DNA from: Camelus dromedarius | Taxonomy: Eukaryota | DNA: 64,000 nt | Reading direction: 5' to 3' | Assembly (NCBI RefSeq): GCF_036321535.1 | Contig: NC_087436.1 | Coordinates: 24,120,001 to 24,184,000 of the forward strand | Shown: in pieces, positions 35,901 through 47,900 of the stretch | Numbering within the stretch: the stretch's first letter is position 1 | Layout of the letters: each line of letters starts with the position of its first letter | Notes under the pieces: model-generated | The model's input: the letters and a program-made list of their open reading frames with translations, nothing else | Told to the model about the DNA's origin: nothing | Databases searched by the model: none | Program-made: the position numbers and the translations under genes

Positions 35901-38900
35901 ATGGGTGGTTTATATGCGGAAAGGGTAACACCAGGATTTCTACTGCCCGGTATTGGTCGGCATCTAGCTTTGGAAACTTCTTTAGATGAGGCTTATTCTC
36001 AGTTTCCACCTGTGGCTTCTTTCTTCTCTGTTTCCTCCAGCAGAGAAATAGGGTTCATAGGAACCAGGAGATGAGGAGTTAAATCTCCCTCTCTGTTTCT
36101 AAGCCTACCCTTATCTCAGGAGTATTCTTCCTAGCAATCTTGGAGAATTCAGAGGATGCACTGCATACAGGTCAGCACTGAAACAACAGCTGGGCACGCA
36201 GTTCCTTGGATGTGATCCTTTTTTTCCGAGGCTTGAGTCACAGTCTGACTATTCCCTTTTGTTCTCCCTTCTCTCACAGCACCCTGGAGGGATATTATGT
36301 GGACGATGCCCTGCAGGGCCAAGGAGTTTACACTTACGAGGATGGGGGAGTTCTCCAGGGCACGTATGTAGATGGAGAGCTGAACGGACCGGCCCAGGAG
36401 TACGACACAGATGGGAGACTGATCTTCAAGGGGCAATATAAAGATAACATTCGGCATGGAGTGTGCTGGATATATTACCCAGTAAGCCTCGTGACTGTTC
36501 GTTTTGCTGGAAAGTAACATGTTTTCAGACAGTGCTTTGAGTCTGCGCAATGAAGAGTAAAATGTATTCTCTATGTTAGAAAATGTGAGGCTGTGAAATT
36601 TGAGAGTCACTGTAGCTGAAGCCAGCAGCTTAGGAGGGATGTCCTCTCACTGTTTTCACTATGGACTTAGATTGTTGCCCTTCGATCTGTTACGAATTCC
36701 TCCTCACAGTGGTTTTGGAAAGGAATGATTGGTCATGATTAGAACAAACTGGGACACATTGGTTTTACAGTACCACTGATAAAGATAAAAAACGATATTG
36801 CTTTTTAAAAATATTCCTTACAGCTGGCAGAAAGTTTCATTGTTGCAGTTAATTTTATTCTTTCTCATATGTAAGAACAAATGCAGCAATTTCTCATCTT
36901 TTTGGACTTATTACACTGTTGTTACTTCGTTTTACAACCTTATTTCCTACTTTATAAGGTGCTTTCTTGTTAAATTGCTTAAATTAAGGTGATTAAAATT
37001 AACTTGCCTTTGAGTATTAAATAACACTTTATGATCTTCCTGGAGATGACTAGAGCAAAAAGATGTGGCAAAACCCCTAGTTGGGAATTAAAGCTCTCAA
37101 TTTTGTTTGCATTTCAAATACCCTATCTGTTATTAGTGAATTTCTAGAAAATGTTTCAGAAAATAGACCTGAGAAAATATATTATCTAATATTTTATTTT
37201 GTCCAGAGCTTAAGTCAGACTACATTTTTTTCTTACTCTGAACCCAAATTGGGTTTTAATTAAAAACAAAATATCTATTACAAGTATAATGAGAAAAGTA
37301 GTCCCAGCTAAATCTACTTACACATTATTGTTCCTAAAAAATTATAGTCAAGGCGTACGGAAAAAATACTGTAAAACATTTTTTTAAATAATTACTAAAG
37401 AACTTACACGTGCTCTTGGTAGGGTCTGCAATAGATCAGAAGTCCTTTCAGTTTCAGAGGTAGAAGAGGTGGAGGGACTTACCAGTTTAGGAAGCCTGAA
37501 ACTGTTGTTGCTTCGTGAGTAGGCAGGTTAAAGGTCCTGCTGCCCAGGGCTGGGGAGCTGCCGTTGTGATGGAGAGTCTTAAAGTCAGGGAAGGTGGATC
37601 TCTGCACGAGGATGGGTCTAGGAAGGAGATCAAAGATGCACTAAAGTGAATGGATCTGATTCACTCAATGTAGTTGTATTTTGAAACCTAAAATGTGCAG
37701 CTGCATGTAGCCTTGATTATTGTTTTTTTAAACATCAAGAGCAGACTCTGCCTCAGGAAGGAAGAGGCACTGGAGAGTTATAAGCTTTAAAAATTAACTT
37801 GGTTGATAACAGTTCGTATATAGAGTCTGTTGGCATTTGGAGTGGGGTGGTAATCACACCCCTCTGCTCTGCTTTCTGGAGTGGGAATCAACTAATGGAC
37901 ACAGGTGTCAGGGATCGCGATGTTGGTTTCATTATGGCACCTTTGACTGGAGATGTGGTGCTGTCTTCTACTCTTTCCCCTCTGAACTAAACCGGTGGAC
38001 CGGTGGTCCGCAGAGCAGCTAGAAAGCTGCAGGTTCCCCTGGGAGAGTACGGCTGCCTGGGGCAGCTTCCCCAAGGAAAGGACAGAAACAGAGGGGGGCA
38101 GGTACAGCCTGTGAGCACTGCCAGTCCCCAGGACAGGTGAGCAAAAGTGCAGAACACGTAGGAGCAGCAGGCTTTATCCTGTTAACCCTCTGGTAGAGAT
38201 GGGCATCAGCGGGAGTCAGATCCTGCCCTCTTACTAATCAAATGCATGATTTCTCCTTCCATGAGGGGAAGCCACTGAGCAGAGGAGACAAAGGGGCAGC
38301 TGACAGGGAGGTGTTTGTGACATGAGGTTAAAGCAGGAACAAAAGCAAGCAAAAATCATGATTTCCCCCAAAGGATTTATAAGCCCACTCTAAGGACAAT
38401 TTATTTCTTTCAAAATTTTACCTTGGAACTGTGATGGAAAGTTTTTAATTAAAAACTCATAACTCCTTTTGGAAGTAAAAGAAGAATCTCTACTTTATTA
38501 TTCTAGACAAATAAATTCACTTGCTCCCCCAAACTGGAAGTTTAAAGCACATAAGGGGGGAGAAAAGTGGGACCCTAGAAAGACAGCATTCTGTTATGAA
38601 TACATAGAAATGCTGATGGCTTATATCAGTTACGGCGGCATGTAAGAAGCACAAATGCTCCAACATCCTTCAGCTCAGTAATCACCACTGAATGCCTGCA
38701 GGCAGATCTTGCAAAAAGTATCATCCCCATTCAGGCTGGGTTATTAAGAATTAACGCGGGGAGGAGAAAGAGCATAATACATCCCTAATGCTCTTCTCTC
38801 CGTGAAAAGTGCTTCCAAGTATTTTTATTTCTATGAAAGTGCTGTGATTCATTTTTAAATTTATAACCTTTTTTCTCCAATCAGACTATGGGGAGCTGTA

Positions 38901-41900
38901 GAAGTCCTTTACCTGGTGGGACTTCTGCCTGCTGTCTCTCAGTAGCAACATCTGGGATCACTCAGGAGCATCCCTCATCACTGACTTGAACCTTTGAGCT
39001 GGGGAATTAGAACCTTTGAGTTGGGCACCTAACCACGCTTTTAGAAGATGTCATTGCATTACTGTTGTTATCTCAAACCCACAAAGGTCTTAGATTTTCA
39101 GTTATACCATAAGGGCCTTCTGGATGGGGGAAAAAAAGGAAACATCTCTTGCACCCTAGATCTGATTTTTTTAAGTTAATTATTAGCTTATCTTTAGTAT
39201 TCCAATTCAATTTCAATAGTAATTATATCACCTGCTGTGTCCCTCAAACTGATACCAGGATACAGAAAGCTATGCTATGATAGTGTGTGCCCTAAAGCAT
39301 TTAATGACCCTGAGGAATGAAGCGAATGACAGTTAAACAGGAAGCACAGCTGGCTCCTCTCCTGGAAGGAGGCAAAAGGGAGCAGTAATCAAGAAGAGTG
39401 GGAAGAAAGAAGTGATGGGGAGGGAGTAGAACTGAGCTGATCTTTCCTCACTTTTCCTTCTGACTCCCTCCAAAAAATGACGGTATAGGAGACTCAGAAA
39501 GGCCGTGTGCAGAAGTCCGTTTGATCATCTCTTAGAAAGTGCAGACAGCTCTCTTTCCTCTTGTACACTGAATTGATTCTTAAGTACCTTTAGACTAAAG
39601 ATGTTCTTAATAGACCAGAAATCCAGAATTCAACATAGGATCATAGGAATGGCAAGCCAGCCTGTCTTGCTACAGACTCCTGTCTCATTTGATCTTGGCC
39701 CAAAGTGATCACTTAGTTATGTTTCCTTTAAATGGTTGTAACTAATGCTACAGATACAACATTTTTTCCTTAGATAGCAAACCAAGATAGAGTATCAGCA
39801 ACTTGTCCGGGATTATAAAGTATAACCCCATCTCTGACTCTCAATCAGGCTTACACGCCCCCTGTGCATATAACTTAGAGGGGACGGGATGGGGAGGGGA
39901 GATACGCACCGTGCTTTTCACACTCATGTGCAAAGCTCCAAGTTCTTAAACTATTATGATCCGTATTAACCGTGGGGGTGCACGAGAGAAATTTCTTGAA
40001 CTCGTGTCATACAGATAAATACTATATATAATATTTTCTGATTTTGGGTTTCTCCCATCAGGATGGAGGCAGCCTTGTAGGAGAAGTAAATGAAGATGGG
40101 GAGATGACGGGAGAGAAGATCGCCTATGTGTACCCCGATGAGAGGACTGCCCTGTATGGAAAATTCATTGACGGAGAGATGATAGAAGGGAAACTGGCTA
40201 CTCTCACGTCCACTGAAGAAGGAAGACCTCACTTTGAACTGATGCCTGGAAGTAAGTTCAATCTGCCCCCGAAGGGTTGCTCTCATTCCCTAAAGCCAGT
40301 TGTTAGGGCTTATCTGAGAGAAGTGACTGTCTTTGCCTAGGCCACTTTAATGGTGTACTAGTCAACTGTGCTGCTTCACAGGCACCTCACACCTCAGCGG
40401 TTTACAACAGCAAACGCAGATCTGCTGACCGGCAGCACTCGGGCCAGGCTGGACTTCAGGCTTCTAGTCAGGTTTGAGTCTGCTCTATGTCTTCATTCTG
40501 GGGCCCAGTCTGAAGGGACAGTGGTGACCTGGGTCCACATTTTCTCAGGTGGTCACAGGAAGCCAGACCATGAGCAGACACCTATGACGCCTCTTAAAGC
40601 CTCAGCTTGGAGCTGATACGATGTCCCTTTCACCCACTTTCATTGGTCAGAGCAAGTCACATGGCCAAACCAAACATCAGTGAGACAGGGAAATATACAC
40701 CATGCACTTTAGTGGCAGATGCTGAAAAGTCACTTGTCAGGGCACAGCTATGTAATTCCAATACAGAGAAGGAATGAAAAAATGACGCCAGTAAATTTAA
40801 CCAATTGTGAATAGTGTATCTCAGGGGGAAAAAAAAACTACAGTTTAATGATTTAATTAATAAAGAATCAAGTTAGGTAGATCTCCAGGTGGGTACAGAT
40901 TGTAAAGCTGATCCAGCTTGAGCTCTGATTGGAAAAGATAAATGCACATTCAGAGCCTAGCATCTTCTTGGAGGACCTAACTGACACATGAGTGAGTCTG
41001 TTGGAATCTATCTTAGAAAAAAATCCTATTTCCTTTTAGAAGCACAGTACGGCACACTAAACTTTTTTTCTGATTATAAAATTATTTATTGTAGGTTTTG
41101 GCACCAAAAAAAAAATAAATATATAAAATAATTTATTGTAGAAAATCTGGAAAATATACACATAAAATAATCGAGATTTTGTATTTTTGGGTGACACAAC
41201 ATAAGAAAGCCAATTGAATCGTTCTGATTCCTTGAAAACAATGTATGCATGTCTGTGTTTCCAATCCAAGTTGAGGCATAAGGAGAAGAAAGTAGAAAAA
41301 GTAATACATCTAGGCATTGATAGGCCGAAATAATATTTAGCTATTTGGTTCGGAAGGAGATTCTCCAAATAGTGGTTGTCCAAAAATAAGAAATCTAGTA
41401 CTTTACATTTAGGTCCAACTTGGGTTGTTATAAATGTCTCAGTTTTTGTTTTTTTAAGTTAAAAACTGAGGCATTTTAAATGCAATGTGGGATTCTGGAT
41501 TGGATCCTGGAACAGAAAAAAAGGATATTTGTGGGAAAACTGGTGAAATCTGAATAAAGTCTAGAGTTCAGTCAATAGTAGTGCAGCTATGTTGGTTTCT
41601 TAATTTGGACAAACGTACCATGTAACTTAAGAAATTAACATTAGGAGGAGCAGTGAGGGCTACTGGGGACTCTCTGTACTATCTCTGCAGCTTTTCTGTA
41701 AATATAAAATCATTCCAGAATGAAAAATTGGTTTTACTTAAGGGAAACAGTAATCTTTGAACTTCAAACTCTAATATCTGTGCTCTTCCCATATGTTCTC
41801 AAAGGAGACAGTGTTACAATGTTTAGAAATGAGGAGACTCCAATCAGGGCAAGATCCCAGTTGGTGATACAGATTTTAAAACCTCAGAAGTGGCATTATT

Positions 41901-44900
41901 TTTAGTGGCAAGAGTCTTGAACTTAAGAGTCCCCTCCTTTGAGTCTCAGCCCCAATATTTACTGTATTATGGTCTTAGGCAGGTTATTTATCCTTCCAGA
42001 ACCTATTTCTTTATCATAAAATACTTAATAAGTCACTTCCCTGTCCCAAAATGTGTTTCATACTTATACCAAGGAGAATGTAATAACCACAGTAACTTTC
42101 ATGATGGGGATTCATGGGAGGTGCCCACTTCCTCATCAATTAAGAAGATATGATTAATAATTACATACCCCCAACTTGATTCATAAAAAGAATTGAGCCA
42201 GATCTAATACATAAGGGTTGAATTTTACTGAATTATATGTCTTTTAAAAGTTCATACCACTTTATCAAAATCCCCTAGGACAGTTGTTAAAAAGAAAAAA
42301 CAAACCAAAAAGCCACGACTCTGAATCTCAGGGGGTGGGCTGGGTGCCTAAGAATCTGCAACTTAGTGTGGAAGCAACCTAAATGTCCACCAACAGATGA
42401 CTGGGTAAAAAAGTTGTGGTATATTTATACAATGGAATACTACTCAATCATAAAAAAGAAGGAAATCATGCCATTTGCAGCAACGTGGATGGACCCAGAG
42501 ATTGTCATTCTAAGTGAAGTAAGCCAGAAAGAGAAAGAAAAATACCATATGATATACCATAAAAAAAGAAGAAAAGAAAAAAGACACTAGGAACTCATCT
42601 ATAAAACAGAAACAGACTCACAGAAATAGTAAACAGTCTTATGGTTACTGGGGGAAGTGGGTGGGAAGGGATAAATTTGGGAGTTCGAGATTTGCAAATG
42701 ATAACCACTATATATAAAAGTAGATTTAAAGAATAACAAGTTTCTTCTATATAGCACAGGGAACTATATTCAATATCTTGTAGTAACCTATAATGAAAAA
42801 GAATATGAAGACGAATATATGTACATATATGCATAACTAGGACATTGTGCTGTACACTAGAAATTGATACATTGTAACTGGCTATACTTCAATTTTATAT
42901 ATATACAGTAAAAAAGAATCTACAATTTAGTAAATACCCAGGTAGACAGTTCTGAGTTTGAAGATCATTGCTTTAGGTTGTCAGAATTCATTAAAAAAAA
43001 AAATAGACAAGATATTGGCACTTCCCATAAAACCCCATCAGGAAAGTTGTTATGGTTATTACCTTCTCCTTGGTATAAGTACAGAATACATTTTGGGAAA
43101 TGCGGGTGATCATTCTCAGGGGAAATATTTTTCTTAGGACTCCTGGTTGCAAATAACAAACACCCTCTTCAAACTAACTTAAGGCCAAAAAAAAAAGAGG
43201 GGTTGCATTTATTGGCAAGACTCTAGCAGGCCTCAGTTATTTTAAGGATATGTGAACAATGTGGGTCTCAAAAGAGTCAGGAACCATAGCCGCTTTGGGG
43301 ACTCGGAAGAACCAGATCCTTACTCTGTGTTCTGTCCCCTCTGTGTCTCCCCCTCCTCTAACCAGTTACAATGATAGAACCACTGACCAGCTCACAGATG
43401 AGGGCTTTCGGGGTCCTGTGGCCTCGGGTCCAGTGGCTGGGGGAGGAGGAGGAAAATAGATTACAAATATCTGAAGTCCTCCTCGCGGACTTCCCCCTCC
43501 ACACCCTTCCTCTTCATGCTTCCGGAACCACAAACTGCTTCGGCCTCTCTACTTTCTCTGTGCTGATTTTCTCCTTGTGCCTCTGGCCGGAATTTCTTCT
43601 CTCCGCACAGGAATCCCATTCCCTGGCTAATTCCTATTCCATCTTTATGGCTTGGCTAACCTCTTAGAATTAATGTTTGTCAAGTGAATGGATGAATTCT
43701 AGTCTAAAGGTCATAGTATAAACGATAGGCCAAAGGAGGAGAAGTCAAGGATGCCGTCTGTCTGTCCGGAGCACAGGCCTGGCTGTCTAAGGGAGCAGAG
43801 GGAGGGACAGTGTGCGCTGGAGGAGATGCACCAACTCCTTGAGGGCAGGAAGAGACGTGCTCTCGTCTGTGTCTGCACAGCCCCAAACACGGTGCTTTCC
43901 CAGTAGCTGGCACTTAGTACATTTGTGAAGAAAGTTTTAGCCTCAGGAAAGGAGATGGGAGTTCATAGGAGAAATTCTGCATACTAGAACATGTATTCCA
44001 CAGAAATATTTGGCTTTAAAGTGTAGTTTTTTGTTCCTCTTTTGAGCTAACTTCCTTTCCTGGGTTGCGGGCTAGTCCAGATGCGTGCCTCAACCTTTCC
44101 CTGCCCAGCGGTTACTGCAGGGCCTTCTGCCCTTTGCGGGCTGCATTTCCCAGCCTCTTGTGCATCTGCCTTCTGTCTGGGTTTGGCCACAGGGAGGCGC
44201 TGGCCGGGGACACAGAGAGGGAAGGAAGCAGGGAGAAGCTCTCTGTGTCCAGCCAAGTCCCCCTGATTCCATCTCCCACCAGGACCGATCCCCATGGGGC
44301 CAGCTTCCCTGGGCTCCCCGGGGCTCTAGAGCTCTGGGAACACCTCTGCCTTTGTCCCTGTGGTTCAGACTTTCAGTCCTGCTCTTGCCAGTCTGCAGGC
44401 TCCTCGTTGCCCTGTTCGGCTTCTCAGCATTTCTGTGCTCTGTATAACCAATTCTCAGAATTAAGTTCTCTCTCTTTGAGATGCTCAAATGGTCTGTTTC
44501 CTGGTTAGACACTGACAGATCTGGATTGTTCTGACTTTTAGTTTGAGACATTAATTTGGGTTTTGATTGTATTAAAAAAACAGAACCAAGACCTGGTAAC
44601 CATTGGTAACCACTAAGGAATTGTTTAATGGAATAATTTATGATGCCTTAGTGCCTAAAATAATTGACTTTGCAGGAGTGAGCCCTCCAGTTCCAAAACT
44701 TGTTTCTTTACTTATTAGCCTTTGGAACACCGGATGTCTTTCCTGTACTCTGGGAGCATTCTCTGCAGCTAATTCTTTGCAGAGGACTGATGTTAATTCT
44801 AGGACGGTTGTCTGCCTTCGTTTCTGGAATAAATCACTAATTGGCTTTTGAACCACTTTAATAGAAATAAGATGACTTTGTTAATGCTTTATCAAAAGCA

Positions 44901-47900
44901 GTCTGTTCTCCTTAATTCTGGTGAGGCTGACTGTTTATTTTTAGTGAAGGAGACAATTGCCAAGGGTGGGTGGTTGGATTCTACAGACTGTGTCTAGGAT
45001 GAAGAAGACCACAGGAAAAATTTAAAATTATTATCCAGTCTGATCTGACCAGAGAGATCTCAAATTTTCGTGACAGAGCATTTTCTTGATTAAAAAATAT
45101 TAATGACACAAGCAGCTCTTAAACTATTTGAATAAAGAAAATGCAAAAGCAAAAATAGGATTTTAAGAGATACTTCTAATGGCTCTTCATTATGACCTGA
45201 AAATAAAACTCTAGAGCAAATCTAAATACTATCCATTTATATCGAAGAATTTCATTCTAGTTGGTGTAACTTGAATAACATCTTTCATTATTTACCTCTT
45301 TCTGGTCCCTTGAATGGAGAGAAATGTTTTAAATGTCATTCCCTGACTCTGGGCCTGGGCTGAGCTTTTTGTTTGCTTTCCAGGTTCGGTGTACCATTTT
45401 GATAAGTCAACTTCATCTTGCATTTCTGCCAATGCTCTTCTTCCAGATCCGTATGAAGCAGAGAGGTAATTTTTTCCTTGTGGTTTTGATGGCACTGTTT
45501 CTGTGAGATTAAATTACCCCTGTGGTAGGAATTAATGCTCCTCTGTGGCTCTGCTCAGGCCGAGTTCCTGAGCAGAAAAACATACTCAGATATTCTGGGG
45601 AAGAGTTCTTTTATTCTCATACAGAATCTGTCCCTGTAAGAGAGTTTCTCCACCCATCAAGCACAGAACAGCCTGTGCCATGTGTCAGTCCCAGAATGAA
45701 ACTTCTGCGAAGAGAGAGCGGTTGGGCCAGGCAGCCAGTTGTGCCCTGCCCAAGTGTCCCCTTTCTTGGGGCTCTAGTGCCACAATTTGTGTCTCAGCCC
45801 CTGCTTGCCCCTAGGGAGCATTTCACGCTCTGCATAGCTCTAGCCGAGGCAGAGACCGGATGCCTCCTTTTCTACCTCGCCCAGCCGACGGGGTCTGGAA
45901 CACAAGATAATTTCTTCGGTCACAAAGGGAAGACAGGCATGAAATAAAGAAAATATAAGAAGCATAAAGAACATGCCAGCTTGTAAATGACAAGTTTCTT
46001 ATTTTATGAGTTCCCTCCCAGAGGGTCAAGCCCTGTTCCATTTCATAACTTATCTAAACTCCACTCTTGACTCCTTATGTGGCTTTCTCTGGTCCCCTGC
46101 CTGGAATTCTTACTCCCCAGCCACTGGCCTGTTTGTGGGGAAGAGCGCCACCTGCAGTTGGCTTTCTCGTTGCCTTGCTCTGTAAGCACGACCTCCGTTC
46201 CATTTCTGTTCCATCTGTCTGAGAAAAGGCGTCTTCCCTGGTTTGACAGGGCTGACACCACAATGTCACAGTGAATGAATGGCCTCTTTCTTGCCACGAG
46301 GCTCTGGCCCGTTGACAAAGGGAAGAGTCTGGTCTCTTGTTAGCCACCCAAACACAACAGCACCGTAACCCAGTCTTTTTTTGTTACTGTCATTGTGGTG
46401 ATGCCCCATAACAACACCTTTAAACTATCAGTGATTTAAGGAAGCAGACATTTTATTTTAGGCTTGTGATTCTGTAGATGGGCAGAGGCTCAGCCGCTTT
46501 GGACGGCGATCCTCTTGGCTCAGCCGGACTAGGCTGCCGTCCAGGTTTCACGTTGGGCTCCGGTCTGTCTCACATGCCTTCCTTCGAAGACTCAGGCTAA
46601 AGGAACAACAGCCCCCTGGGGCATCTTCTTCTTGTGGAGATGAATGGAAGCCAAGGAGGCTGGTAGAAACTTGCCGTGCTTCTTAACCCCCAAGACCCAG
46701 CCTGGCAGTCACTTCTGCCCACCTTCTAGTAGCAAAGCAGATCACACCAAGCCCGGAGCCCATCAGGCAGGGAGGTGTTCTCTGCCTGAGCTGAAGGAAG
46801 CGAGGGAGGTCACACAGCCAAGTGGCAGGGTGTAGAATTCTGTCCCAGGGAGGGTGTCAGGAGGTGGAGGCACTAATTCAGCCTTCTAGTCTGAATGAAG
46901 ATGACCCGCTCCACCAGTCACTGCATCCCCAGGGCTCGAAGAACTGAAACTGTGGATGGGGCATGTCCTGGCTCACTAAATCCAGCTCCGGAGTTGTGAG
47001 AGCTGTTTTCTTATTAACCAGTGGTTGGCAAACTTGTTCTGTAAAGGGCTGCTTAGTATTTTAGGCTTTTGCAACTACTCAAGTCTGCCTTTGTAATGCT
47101 AAAGCAGTCATAGATAACACTGAGCAAGTGGGTGCGGCTGTGTCCCCAAAAAAACTTCACAAAAATGGACAACAGCCAGATTTGGTCCTTGGGCCGTAGC
47201 TGGCTGTTCTGTTATAAATTCCTTTGCTGATAACTGATAGATTGTGCTCTATGCTGGAATTTGACACAACACTGTAAAATGACTATAACCCAATTTAAAA
47301 AATGTTTAAATAAATAAATTCCTTTGCTGGGAAATGCTCATTGGATATATTTTATTAACTGTTTGTCACTCTGTTATGTAAAGGGTCCATCTTGAGGCTT
47401 CATTACAACAGCCTTTCCCTGCTATATGGCATAGAGAAACTTGGGTATAGCTTTAATTAGTTTGGGGAAATGTTTGCCTTGTCCTGGAAGATGGTGGAAA
47501 TTGTCATTAACTAAAAACATAAAAATTTTTAAAAGCCTTCCATCAAGCAATGGGTGACTTTGTGAATATACACTAATAACCCCTGTATTAGGGAGCAGTA
47601 AGGGACATAAGTATCGGTTCTCCAATTTCCAATGCCAAAATCTGTGGCTTAATTTTTCCTTACTTCCTCGTGGAATTATTATGAACTGACATGTTGGATT
47701 CCATAGCCATAATGGCATTTTTGTGGTTAATGTAAGGAATGACATATCAAACCAAAAAAAAAAAAAGAGTCATTATTTGCCCTTTTTTTCTATTTAGGGT
47801 TTATGTTGCTGACTCTCTCATTTCTAGTGCTGGAGAAGGACTGTTTTCAAAGGTAGCCATGGGACCTAATACTGTTATGTCTTTTTATAATGGAGTCCGA

